Shown one piece after another: positions 34,553 to 46,771 of a stretch of 64,000 nucleotides of DNA (positions within the stretch are counted from its first letter, which is position 1; every line of letters begins with the position of its first letter). The DNA lies in contig OZ281500.1 in the NCBI GenBank assembly GCA_965637545.1, positions 8,804,001-8,868,000 on the forward strand, in the 5' to 3' direction. The position numbers and the translations under genes are program-made. The DNA is from Phallusia mammillata (taxonomy: Eukaryota). A model generated the notes under the pieces. That model was given only the letters and a program-made list of their open reading frames with translations. It searched no databases and was not told the origin of the DNA.

Positions 34553-35290
34553 TTACAGGGCGATGAAACTGGTCGCAGCGTTGATAATGGTGACCTCGAT
34601 GCTAAAGATCTCCAAGTTTATAGCTCCGTCCGGCATGATATTCTCTGTTGCGTTGTAGACCAGTACGGCGTCCAGAAACATTGGCAAGTTCGCTCGGAGT
34701 CGGGGTCGTGGGGAACCGTTATCAACAGGAATTTCTAATCCAGTAACCCAGTGTTGGTCTCCAAAGCGTGGCGAAGAAGGAACTTCTGGGATAGCAAAAT
34801 CAAATGCCAGCCAATCAAGATACTCTCTATGCACTTGTTGATAGAACCGCATCGCTTTCTTGTTGGTATACCGTCTGTCTCCGCACAACTGGGAGAAGTC
34901 CGTTCTTGTGATTTTCTTGTTGTATAGTATGGAACGAAATTGCTGGAGATACTTCAACAGGTGATAGTCAGGGCCCAAGATGGTACCGTCGTAAAATTCA
35001 ATGAACTTCGGAACATTTGTGAGCTCACACGTCTTGAGACTCCACATCCATCTTCCTGTAGGAACACACCACTCGTACATAGGAAACAAGGGTTCGCGAG
35101 CCACAGCATTGCCCAAAACAAGTTTCTCGGAGTCGTCTATTTCTTCTTGTTCGATCAAGTTGTTCTCAACAGTAGACATTTTTGCAAATTTTGCAAACAA
35201 GTTGTTCTCAACAGTCGACATTTTTTTACCTGTGCTGAATGACATTGTCCACATAATTAATCTTTCTCTTTTGTTCTTATCATACATCAA
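34553..35290 (-). CDS. Orphan intronless ORF, 245 aa, unknown function (copy 1)
   Basis: 738-nt uninterrupted ORF, visibly GC-richer than its flanks, with in-register antisense shadow ORFs (34502-34738, 34940-35242) typical of codon-structured DNA. Contains an internal 42-nt repeat (MSTVENNL twice). No motif recognised. Confidence 0.55.
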   Translation of the reverse strand: MMYDKNKRERLIMWTMSFSTGKKMSTVENNLFAKFAKMSTVENNLIEQEEIDDSEKLVLGNAVAREPLFPMYEWCVPTGRWMWSLKTCELTNVPKFIEFYDGTILGPDYHLLKYLQQFRSILYNKKITRTDFSQLCGDRRYTNKKAMRFYQQVHREYLDWLAFDFAIPEVPSSPRFGDQHWVTGLEIPVDNGSPRPRLRANLPMFLDAVLVYNATENIMPDGAINLEIFSIEVTIINAATSFIAL

Positions 35291-35938
35291 GTCTCATTAT
35301 TTTAAGAAACAAAAAAGAACGAAAAGCAATAAAACACTGTTTTTTATAATTGAGGTTTCCTTTTTACAGTACATTTTTTGCTTACATAATTATTAGTTGG
35401 TTTAAGGGAAAAGATTGCAAAATATAAAGCACCAAAATATCTGCTGCAAAGGATTGCACAACTATTTCGAAATAACCGGCTTACCGAACTGCCCAGCATA
35501 TGGTAAGGCTGTTCAAAACAACATGAAATTTGGTACACGAATTACTGTGGGAATAGCGACACTGAACATGGACTTCCATTAGTTAGTGAATCATGAGAAC
35601 ACGTAAATGACACCGCTCAATGCCATATGTCGCAAACAATCATATGGATTTTATAGGAACGATAAGTTATTTGCAAGTTCAAACTTTTTTAATTCAACTT
35701 TATTTCAGACGAACACATGACGATGGTGAAAACAAGAACATACTTGTTTGCAGCGTTTCAAAAATTTTCCTTTACTCCTTGCTTGGTTAAATCAGCATAC
35801 CAAATGACTATATGGTGTAAGACACGTCGATTACTACTTCAAGTAAAAGAACAGAGTTTATAATCTTTGATTTAATTTGGGCTTTGCCTTTATTTGTGCC
35901 TACTGTATATTTTGACCATTGCATTGTTTACCTTAAAG

Positions 35939-36294
35939 CAGTGATTCTCAAACTTATATGGATCGCGTACCACCTGACAACGTTTTCTATCGCTGCGTAC
36001 CACTAAACCTTGCATAAATAGATAGACCAAGAAATAGGCCCGTTTCCTCAACCCGGCTAGCATATTTAGCAATTTTAAAAGAATGTCCAAAACAAGAGTT
36101 TCGCCCAAACCAGGGCCGATCAGTTGGGTCAGTTGAGTTGCAATTTTTGACGGATCCTATATAGCTATAGCAGAAAACTACTCGCGTATTTTTTAAAACG
36201 GACCTAATAGCTATAGCAGAAAACTACTCGCGTACCACCTAAAAAGTTCTAGCGTACCACTAGTGGTACGCGTACCACAGTTTGAGAACCACTG
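35939..36294. mobile_element. Non-autonomous hAT (Buster/Charlie-type) MITE, unit 1 copy
   Basis: 16-bp TIR CAGTG(A/G)TTCTCAAACT; exact 8-bp TSD CCTTAAAG with central TA; CGTACCAC subterminal repeats; internal duplicated 28-bp segment. Confidence 0.9.
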
Positions 36295-36672
36295 CCTTAA
36301 AGGCATACGTGCCTATCACTCAACCGTAAATGGACTAGAAAACGTTTCATATGCACTCAAGTCTAAATTTTATAACCAAATATTTGTTTTGTCTTTTCTT
36401 CAAGATCACGATTTTTATGACGTATTGTGCGACTACCCGCAGGATTTCTATTATTCTTCTTCTCGCCCTAACCTTTTAAGTTTTCTGTATCTTGTAACTG
36501 AGTCCTAATCCTTTATGTCTAATTAGACAATATTATTGCTAAAACTCTAAAAGACACCACCAAACATTCATTTCATGCAATATATAATAATTTATTTAGA
36601 CGATACACATGGTAACGATATTCAATGGCATAAACGGTTTAATCAGCATAAATAAAAATTTTCTACATAACT

Positions 36673-39626
36673 TTATTTTCCAAGATTTTGATATTGACAC
36701 CAGCCTTCATAGCACGGTACAACTTTGGTAGCCTGGAAATCATGACAGTGACCGATTCCGCCTTGGTAACGGCACTCGTAGGTCTTGTTAACTTTGCAAA
36801 CTGGGTAGTGGCAAGCGGTTGTCTGAGTTTCCACAGGTTTGCCGCAATAGATTTGGCATTTGACGACGTCGAAGAGAGATTCGGTCAAGGTATGGCATCC
36901 GTAGTCGCCGCCATCAGTGCAGTGGCGTGTGCGGGTCTTTTCACCAACGCCACAGTGGATGCTGCAGTTACTGAAAGTCGACCATTCGCTCAGCCTCGGG
37001 CATCGTCCCTCCCGACAAGGTCTGGACTCTTGGGCCGCCCCACCACAAGTTGCTCCGCTTGGAATGCATTGGCGATGTCTGACCTGGGTTCCGCCGCCAC
37101 ACGATGCGGTGCAAGATCCAAAGTCTGACCATTGACCATAGACAGGACATTGCATCTCGTTGCATACCGCCGTTTCTTCGTCCACACCGTCGCACTGCTC
37201 TTTCTTGTAGGCGACGCAACGACGTTTCCTAGTTCGGTGACCGCCGCCGCATGTTTTAGAGCAAGCTCCCCATGTTTCCCAATCTGCGTAGTAAGAAGCA
37301 ACTCCGGAATACTGCGTAACGATGTCGTGTCTTGGAATATAGCACATGTGCCTCTCACAGCATCCGGCAAAGCTTCCCTTCAGAGCAAATTGGGCTCCGA
37401 GTCGGTAATTTTGGTATGGACAGGAAGGCTGTTGTGGGTAGAATGGAGGGTAAACTGGTGGCTGAGGGTAGGGGTTGTATCCTGGGTAAGGGTTCGGCTG
37501 AGGGTAAGGGTTCGGCTGGGGGTAAGGGTTCGGCTGGGGGTAAGGGTTTGGTTGAGGGTAGCTTGGACCACTTGGATAAGGGTTTGGGTAATATGGACCG
37601 TTGTTGGGTAGGTTTGTGGGATTAACTCCTCCGTATGAACGTCCGCCAGTGAGATTAAGACTGTAAGCCAGTATTGGGTCAATGGAATTGCCGTAGCCTG
37701 GGAAATGACTTCCGTATGTGTTTGGAACGTACTCGGACTTAAGCTTCTGCAAGTAGTATTGCCAGTTGTCAGGTGCGATCACTCCATCAAGGACTAATTT
37801 GTAGAAAGATTGCTTCAGATGATCGGGAACGTGGCTGACAGTGATGTTAAAGAGCTGGTATTGGATAGCTTGATGGGTAATAGACGGATCAACCACACAT
37901 CCTGATTGACGACAGTAGTGGTAGCTGCTGAGATAGTCGGATGGAGACGAATGCTGGTTGAAGGGAAGACACATTGGTTGGCCGTACATGTCTCTACCAG
38001 ATGGAGTGGAGCTGCGGTAGGGATCTTTTCCCGAGCGAACCTTTACATTATGTAGTTGCGCAGCAAAGAAGCAGCCAATTCCGGCCTTGGAGCAGCCTCC
38101 GATCAATGCACATTGCTGAGGCGCAATTCCTAAAAATCAAAAGCACAATTATACAAAGTCCAACCAATTTATAGTGATACCAAAAAATGTTTAACAATTT
38201 TTAAGCGTACCTAGCCATCCTGCTCTCTTGGGCTTAATTCCAATGTAAAGAAGAACATCAACCATGTAACATCCAGCGGGCTGTCTGTGGACCAACTCAA
38301 GGTTTTGCTGAATAAGGCACTTGGTGTAAAGACCGTTCCACGGCTTTCCGCTCTAGAATTTATACGAAAGTTTGCTTAACCATTTGGATCTGTTTGTGTT
38401 TAGGATTATTGTTTGTTTTAATCTTACCTTGACTGTGTATTTTTTGACCAGACGGTGAAACTCTTTATTACGAATAGCAAGCTGGCACACTGGTACACCA
38501 GGAAGAACGCTGTGACCGAGAGCACGACGAACAGTAGCCAATTGAGTATCGAAGTAGCATCCCGGTTTTGCGTGACAGGCCAAGGGGTTGGTTTCCAAAG
38601 ATGGATCGCTTGCGCTGCATGGGATTCTGTCAAAAGGACATAAAAGATGCTTTTAGAAAAAAAGTATATTTTGTGTTAGAATAACATATTTTAGATAAAG
38701 TGTAAATATAAAATAGAAACTTTTTTAATAAAATTGTGATATAATACTTTCAGGAGTTTGTGGTTGAAGTTATTTATATTATAATATAAGATAATTACTG
38801 ATAATTATCAGTTGTTCTTTCGTACCTTTGGCAATATGGGACATCTACTGGAGGCTCAAAGAGCTTGTAAAGATTTGGGTCATGTTCATGAATTCCACAG
38901 TTGTCAGGAAACACTGGTGGGCACTGGTTAATTGGTGGGAAAAACGGAGGGATGTGCACAGGAGGGTAATTGTACAGAGATGGTGGCCCGCCTTTAAAAA
39001 CAGAAAAATATTAACAAATAAGATAAATGACAAGATGTACTCAAATTTTTTAATCTAGTTTTTGCTTACCTGGTGGGTAGTAGCTACCAGATCGACCAAG
39101 TAAGTCTCCCTCTCCATAAAGTTCCTCAAGTTTAGCAAATGGTACTGCAAAAATAATGCCAAATATAATCATACAATTCATGAAATATTACACAGGTTAA
39201 TTTTAATTAATAAGTGGTATTCTTTTTTTCTTGATTTTCAAAAGACCGCCCTACATTTTTTAATATCTATTTTTGCCATAAATATAAGTATTGATTTGTA
39301 GTGGCGGCAATTCTGTAAACCGTACTTATTTTCGAGAAACATCCTCCGCTGTAAACAGAGCAGTGAGATGGACATGCAGATTGATCAGTGATGGTTGTGC
39401 TGTTTGCGTCACAAGGATCTTCAACACAGGGAACGGCGGAATCTGTTTTTAAAACAAAGATTAATTAAGTATTGTTTGGTCTAAGATGCTCACAGTCAAT
39501 TAGAACGTATTTACCTTGAACTATTTCTCCGTATTTCACCAAATCATTCAGTGTAGTGCAATTACTTTGCTGTCCTCTGGCCAAGGCAGCCAACGAGGCA
39601 ACAAAAACAAGAAGTATCGAATGCAT
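36673..39626 (-). CDS. Secreted trefoil-like/TSP1 protein, paralogue B, 755 aa
   Basis: Exons 39626-39515 (signal peptide MHSILLVFVASLAALARG), 39442-39326, 39144-39070, 38991-38826, 38626-38428, 38352-38211, 38129-36673 total 2268 nt in frame. The 199-nt and 142-nt exons are the same size as in paralogue A. Four TSP1 repeats and a (YPQPNP)n linker. Confidence 0.92.
37484..37555. repeat. Coding 18-bp minisatellite x4 encoding PQPNPY (paralogue B)
   Basis: GGGTAAGGGTTCGGCTG(A/G) x3 plus one variant GGGTAAGGGTTTGGTTGA, with degenerate flanking units. Confidence 0.95.
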
Positions 39627-39858
39627 ATCTGTGGAAAACCAAGGTTTAGTATTAGAAGTAAATGTTAATTTAGCGTACGCTAATAGTTTTTACCAGTCAA
39701 TATTACAACATTTCAAAATGGTTTCAAAAGCGGAATGTACATCACGTATTCGTAAAACGTGCTCCATTTACCTTGTTTCTTTTCGAGGTACCCAACTTGT
39801 CTTCAACTCTTGAGTGTCAATTTGAATTGTAACGGTGAACCAGTTATCAATTCGATTT

Positions 39859-39947
39859 GAATGATTTCTTAGCCTTAGCGCGTTGCTTATATACGCTACA
39901 ACAGCTTGCGCCACCAACCACCGCGCCCTGAGGGGAATGTGACGTCA
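39859..39947 (-). promoter_or_regulatory. Core promoter of paralogue B: initiator, TATA box and CRE palindrome
   Basis: TATATAAG at 39893-39886; TCATTC initiator with the A at 39862 (31 nt spacing); perfect TGACGTCA at 39940-39947; 5'UTR exon ends at donor AAG|GTAAAT (39772). Confidence 0.6.
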
Positions 39948-41417
39948 AAATGTGTCACTAGATTTTGCCTAAAGGCGGGAAAATTGAGGCGTATAATGGT
40001 AATGGATTCCCTGAAGCAAACTTTGCCATAAAAATAAAAACAACTTGAAACGATAATATTCCGTCGAGACAAAAATAAAACGTTTTTTAATTAACGACAG
40101 GATTTCTGATTGGATTCGCTGTTTACGGTGGTCAGATATGAATCACTCGGTGGATTAAATCGCACTTAATTTGCGGTTTTATGGAAAACTGTTGCACTCG
40201 GTCGGCGCAAGGCGCTTGACGTATTTTGACGTATTTGACCTACGGGACAAGCGCAAACATCAATCTTCAGGAAGTTGATATCAAGAGTGGCAAATAAAAA
40301 ACGGCATTGAATTAACTATTACACTAATAGCAATAACTCCTTTGTTCCTGACTATGAAAGCATAACTTCAGATAACGCACCTTTAAAAAAAATCGCCACA
40401 TACCCTGTATATTATTCAAAACATTCTATGAAGTAATTATAGTTAATTATATTTAGTAAAAAGTAAGTCAACAAGCTGTGCAATATTGCGTTGATGTGTC
40501 ATGGTATTTTTCGCTGTATTGCTGCAAAATTAATGCCGTTCTTGAAGTTTTCCCTGTAGCTATTTTTCGCCAAAAGAATGTCAAGTTCCGCGAACGTCAT
40601 AAAGCTTTGACGTGTCATTTGACTTTTTCGACAAATCCCGCGAAATGTGATTCACGCCTACTTATAGTTTGGCTTGGCGCCTATAGGCGTCAACATTCGT
40701 GTACGAATGTTGGAATTGCCCGGAACATTATTGCGGCATTTTGCTTATAACTTGAAGTTTTAATCGTTTTGTTTTGCATTAGTATGACGAAGGCAGTCAC
40801 CTGGCACTTCTTCTTGGTGGGCAAATTTGTTGACCGTACTTTTTTGAACAATTTTGAAATTTGCATAATGGGTACTATATTTAGTAATTTTGAATTGCAT
40901 CGGCCAACGCCCATGACAGTTATGAAAAGCAACTGCACTTTTTGCAACCTCTAATCAATAGAAAATGTTGATTATGGTCAACGCTGAAGCATTCACTTAT
41001 GTTTGCGGTCGTGCTTTTGGTTTCAATTTTTACATTACGTTTTAGTCCAGCAAATTAATTTTCCAGGTGTGGCACCCAGTTCCATTTCAGGATACCTACA
41101 CTTACATCAATACCCTATTGAAGGCGTTGCCTACAAAGCTACCAACAACAATAAAATGATTAGCCTATTTGATATCATCAGAGCGCGACAAATCAAGTGA
41201 AACAAAAGGCTTGCGACTTAACAAGTCACGCGAATAGCATCGGAAACAGCTTTCTACTCTGAACCAACATCACACAAGGTGCCACATTGCGTTTGAGTAA
41301 ACAATTAACCAGTTACAGCCTATTTACTATGTTGCTTCAGCAGTGAGCGTTTTTGCTTGCCTGAGAGTAGTCACGTCCACAACTCAGGCCAACAACAAAG
41401 CAAAGAAGAATAGAAAA

Positions 41418-42592
41418 ATGGCAACCGACGTTCGGATATGGTTCCCTGTGTCAGTCACTGTTGTAGCTTACCTAGTTTTTTTCGCCTACGAAATTTCAAG
41501 ACGGTAAGTTTACGTGTGTATAACCAATATAACGTGTAGTTATGAAGTGTGTGGGAGCCTTGGTTTTCCGGTATGCAACAAGGAGGCTGTTTTATTGTAA
41601 CATAAATACCCAAATTTCAGTATTTGTCGTACCTGAACATTGCTACAGCCGTACTATGATAAAATATACTCACAGTCTTTCTTGTTTGCTGTGTGTATGT
41701 ATAGCATCAAATGTTTGAATAAGTTGGTGGTTGGTGTTACGACCGTTTCGCGTTTACATCGACGGAAAGCCGCGCCTTATGCACGCTGATATCATCAAAA
41801 ACAAATACGTTGATTGTTTTTACGATGTAACAAAGCAGTTTCATTATTGTCTTCCTAAATTTAGTGTGGTAAACTGTTTTGGGTTGAATCTTTTTCAGTC
41901 TTGCCCACACTAGTGGGGCATTGGAATCTCAAAGATGCATTGTTAGACTTAAATCACTAATTCGATACGAGCCTCACTTAAGTCGCTTTTCTAAATCCTT
42001 GACTTGACTTAAGTCACAGGTTGGAAAGTCTACACTCGACTCAAACTTGCTGCAGATTGACTTGATTTAAACACTAGCGTAAACCGTGTTTTGTATTCAA
42101 AACCGATAGATATTTTGCATTATTTTTTTTGGGGGGGGGGTCTTCAACCTCATTAAGCAATAATTTGACATACATTTTACTAGGCGGCTTTGTTTGATTG
42201 CTGTGTTATTGCCAAATGTTTTTTTTATATTTGCAACCTGCATTGAAAATTCCGAAATGCCAAAGCGCTCACGTGGCTATAACTTGTAGCTAAACCAAAT
42301 GAAAGAACCTTGGCTGATTTTGAGACAAAATTAATTCAACTTGGATTCGACTGAAACCCATTTCCCCATACTGCTTAGATGCAATGTTATTAAGACATGA
42401 TTTTTGTGCAATTCAAATCTTTTTGACTATTACCTTTTTTGCAGATGTACAAAAGTTTCAGATGTTGGTAGTGATTTGAATGGAAGCTATGCAGCTTTGC
42501 CAACACAGGATGCTGGATCCCCAACTCCCTTTCATGGTAACGATATGGCAGTGTATAAGTCGTTGCAGAGTATCGCTTCCACGTCCGTTTAA
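41418..42592 (+). CDS. Candidate small single-pass membrane protein (unit 1 copy, 77 aa if two exons)
   Basis: Exon 41418-41503 (MATDVRIWFPVSVTVVAYLVFFAYEISR, donor CG|GTAAG) joins in phase to exon 42445-42592 (acceptor TTTTTTGCAG|A). An internal donor ATG|GTAACG suggests further exons are possible. Confidence 0.45.
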
Positions 42593-45500
42593 AGCACTTT
42601 TTACCGTTGCACTTGTTTCTTTGTTGTTGTTGTTTGCAGTAAAAATTCGTTGTTTCCCTTTTAGTATATTACTGAACGTTTCTGTGCAAATTATTTTTTA
42701 TTTTCTAGCTAACGCCAAAAGTACGTAAAAACACCAAAAATGAAATGAAGTTGTTTGAATGCACAATACGAAAATAATAGAGTGCCAACTACATCACTAA
42801 ACAGAAAAACAAATTGTTTTTTTCTAAAAATAATTGAAAAAAGACGCTCTAAAGATTTTGCGTAACAACTGTTTGTTGCCGTGCTAACAAAAAAAAACGG
42901 CGATAAAATGCGTTGGATTATTTATATGCAATAAAAAGGGACAAATCACGATTACACAAAAATGTAAGCTTTAGGCTACAAAAGGTGGTGTTTGCATTGT
43001 TCCAGGTTTGCAAAATTTGACAAAATATGAAAAACACTGCCACAATTATTTTTATGTCCGAATTTGGTAAACCAGTTGTAGCCCGCAACAGGTTAGTGAC
43101 GTGAGACGCTCGCATTTCACCTTTCATTGCCACAGTTGCCTAAAAATGGTCAAATTGGGGATCAGTACAGTTTTACATAGTATCGTATTTAGTTACACGC
43201 TGTGACCACTGCGTTCTCAGGTTTATATAAATTCTTGTGTGCCACACCAAACAAGGTTTTGCTTTTAGTTTTTAAACTATCGAATTCCTGATCAACGCTG
43301 ACTAGTATGCATTCTGAAGAATGTTGCATTCTGCTGGGTTTTCTTAATGAATTTTTATCTTTATAAAATTATACCGTGGCCTATATTATGTTACGCTTTA
43401 TGTTAAGCTTTGTTGTGGATTCCCTGTAAGTTCACTACTAAAATAGTGAAACAACAACTAAAGATCAAAGGTTCAGGCTTCTGCTGTAAATCACTGCAAA
43501 CATAGAATTGAGATAATAAAGTCATGCAATGGTACCAAAGTGAAAGGCAAATATACGCAATTACCACATATCCGTTGTATTTGAAAAAAGCAATAACGAA
43601 GTCGTATGGTATGCACAGTGGCAATATAGAGTTTAAGCCATTCTTTCTACTTAGAAATAATTTCTCCACTATGTTTAAAAATAACTTTTATGCAAGCGGT
43701 TTATAAACTTTTGCCTCATTAAGTTATCACATTGCGCTCAGTTTGTGCTACGTCTTAGATAGTTCATAGAAATCGTTCCAAGAATTACAAACATACACTA
43801 TTATGGGAGGAAAGTTAAAGACTGGTAGTATTTGGCCATGAAGCAGTTGTTGAAATGATATAAACGACTTAGCAAATTAGGTACACAAAAATGTATTGTT
43901 TTTATTTATTGAAAAACGCCAAAGGATATTAAATTTTAACAGCACCAAAAATCGCTATAAAGCTCAACGATGAATGGTTATAGCTGTGTACGGCGACGAA
44001 GACAAAAACGTGCTTATGGCTTAAATTTGTGACAAAAAAGTGACAAAAATACCCAAGTTATGTTGTGTTGTAGCGGTTCGTGTGTAATTTAAGGATTTTG
44101 CTTGTTGACTGGTATTGCACTTTTCAGGACATATAATAAATCATCCAATATATTTTTTTGGATGAAAGCAAATCTACCTTGCATGCACAAATTGAGTGTG
44201 CTGAAATTGTCAGCTATATGTCAATATATGTGACTGAAATCTGTTAAGCATCCGTGGATCAGGACGATTTCTGTATTAGTACATCTTTAATTTAAAAGTA
44301 AAAAAAATAAAAAAGGGACTAAAAAATATAAGAGTTGACTGGAGTTGGATTGGACAAATTTGTTAATAAGCTTCGTTCGTTATCTTACACTGCCTAACGT
44401 TGCTATGGAAAGCTGAATTTTTTTCAAGGGGAGTATTAAAACTACTTATATCGTTTGTCATAAATGTAATAAAGTTACATATATGCAAACAGTCCTTGGC
44501 AGCTCCGTGGTTTTGTCAGCACATGATTCTGAATCACAAACTCTTTTTACAGTAACGATGTTGCCTTGTTTTTACGAAATAAAGCTTCCACTTCCCTTTA
44601 CTGGACTTTTTTATCGTATCACCTGCGTTTGCCTTGTTGATTCCTTAGTGGTTTATTCATTTTTTTTATGTTGGTGATACATCATCTTCTGGTAATCTTT
44701 TATTATTTGCTAATAAACGCTAAAATGGCGTAAAAATATAAATAGAGAGTTGTGTCATTGTGCAAAACAGAAGACCAAAAATTACATGTGCAAAATGCAA
44801 AAAACGGGAAAAAACGCAAAAAATATGATTTTACACAATAAATAAAATCGAAACTAAAAGTCTTGATTTATTGGTTTCCTTAGCGTCCATCTTGAAATTC
44901 GTCAATTAGTTATGACAAAACTTCTGCAGAACCCCGTACACCGCCTTGTAAAGAGAACAGGGACCCGACCAATCTCGTTTAGCCTGTGAAAAACAAACAA
45001 TTGTAAATCAAATACGGGTTACACTAAATCTTTTACAATTGAAAGCTTTTAGGGTGTTCCTCTATCGACTTTGTTAATGAGTGGTTTAAGTTTAACAACT
45101 TTAGCGGTATCTCCCAGTATTGTGCTCATAAGATATGCTATAGGCGTTTAGGAAAAAAAATCGGCGGTTCGTACTTTACATAAATTAAATACTGCGTCAG
45201 AGTTTTGTGGGCAAAACGTCTCTTTTAAAAATAACATTAAATTAAAAAAAATTGTGTTATGGTCTCCAATGTAAACAAATCCACAAATTTACGGTTGAAT
45301 TTTGACTACCATGCCCTAAAATTTTAATGACCCTTTTCACATTTTATCCCGGTTACAGCCATCGACAATCGAAGGTATAATGTCGAGGCACAAATTGCTG
45401 GCTACTTCCTTCTCTAAACGCTGGTGAAAACGTTAGTTTAGCATAATGTTAATGTTTTCGCTAAAGATTAGGTTTAGAATGCTTAAAAACAGGTTATGAC

Positions 45501-46027
45501 AAACGACTGTCCTATTCAGGGTGACTTGATAACCCTGCAACGATTGCAGTTTCAGTATTTCCTTAAGGGAATTTATTAGGTAAAGGATTAGTTGGGTAAT
45601 TTTTTTGGCAGTGCGCTTAACATTAAACTTAGGCAACAATTTGGAGATCAAAGAGCACAATATGAAGTTGAAAACAAATTTTCGTTCACTTGGAATTCTT
45701 ACGTAACATTTGGTATACAGTCCAAGATGCTTAACTTTGGCTTGGTAAGTCACCATTATATTCATTTTGGCTATATCGTAAATTGTTGGGCTAATTTTGG
45801 CAAAAGCAATACTGCCTGTAAATGCCTTTTAAACTAAGTAGAAATTACTTTTTTTAAGCTTTTTCTTTACCTTGATATGTTTTGCGTTGAAATCACTACC
45901 GTAGAGACTAGATAAAAAATAAAAAGTTTTTCTTTGCAACCATAATGCCTGACAGCAATCGTCAACGTGGTGGCGTTCAAACGTGTTTGTGCTAATGCAG
46001 TGTGTAGTGTCTTGGCAGGTATCCACT

Positions 46028-46771
46028 TTATTGTAAAAAAAAATTGAAACTGGTCGCAGCGTTGATAATGGTGACCTCGATGCTAAAGATCTCCAAGTTT
46101 ATAGCTCCGTCCGGCATGATATTCTCTGTTGCGTTGTAGACCAGTACGGCGTCCAGAAACATTGGCAAGTTCGCTCGGAGTCGGGGTCGTGGGGAACCGT
46201 TATCAACAGGAATTTCTAATCCAGTAACCCAGTGTTGGTCTCCAAAGCGTGGCGAAGAAGGAACTTCTGGGATAGCAAAATCAAATGCCAGCCAATCAAG
46301 ATACTCTCTATGCACTTGTTGATAGAACCGCATCGCTTTCTTGTTGGTATACCGTCTGTCTCCGCACAACTGGGAGAAGTCCGTTCTTGTGATTTTCTTG
46401 TTGTATAGTATGGAACGAAATTGCTGGAGATACTTCAACAGGTGATAGTCAGGGCCCAAGATGGTACCGTCGTAAAATTCAATGAACTTCGGAACATTTG
46501 TGAGCTCACACGTCTTGAGACTCCACATCCATCTTCCTGTAGGAACACACCACTCGTACATAGGAAACAAGGGTTCGCGAGCCACAGCATTGCCCAAAAC
46601 AAGTTTCTCGGAGTCGTCTATTTCTTCTTGTTCGATCAAGTTGTTCTCAACAGTAGACATTTTTGCAAATTTTGCAAACAAGTTGTTCTCAACAGTCGAC
46701 ATTTTTTTACCTGTGCTGAATGACATTGTCCACATAATTAATCTTTCTCTTTTGTTCTTATCATACATCAA
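46028..46771 (-). CDS. Orphan ORF copy 2 (247 aa) with its C-terminus rewritten by the duplication junction
   Basis: Identical translation to 34553-35290 up to AATSF, then reads NFFLQ* through the A9T filler instead of IAL*. Confidence 0.5.
   Translation of the reverse strand: MMYDKNKRERLIMWTMSFSTGKKMSTVENNLFAKFAKMSTVENNLIEQEEIDDSEKLVLGNAVAREPLFPMYEWCVPTGRWMWSLKTCELTNVPKFIEFYDGTILGPDYHLLKYLQQFRSILYNKKITRTDFSQLCGDRRYTNKKAMRFYQQVHREYLDWLAFDFAIPEVPSSPRFGDQHWVTGLEIPVDNGSPRPRLRANLPMFLDAVLVYNATENIMPDGAINLEIFSIEVTIINAATSFNFFLQ

Larger units (their letters stand above)
34564..46034. repeat. Tandem segmental duplication, unit 1 (11,471 bp)
   Basis: Colinear with 46045-57451 from TGAAACTGGTCGC to ATCCACTTTATTGT. 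About 40-50 substitutions plus several indels (47, ~12, 4 and 1 bp), counted by eye. Confidence 0.97.

Noticed and set aside
41910-42077. GACTT-rich segment with CTAGTG/CACTAG ends, MITE-like
   Set aside because: Only a 6-bp inverted repeat and no target-site duplication. It may be a decayed element but cannot be supported.
46028-46050. In-frame fusion of the orphan ORF to the downstream Cys-rich exon fragment
   Set aside because: The junction reads CAA TAA (stop), and the exon frame is shifted relative to the ORF.
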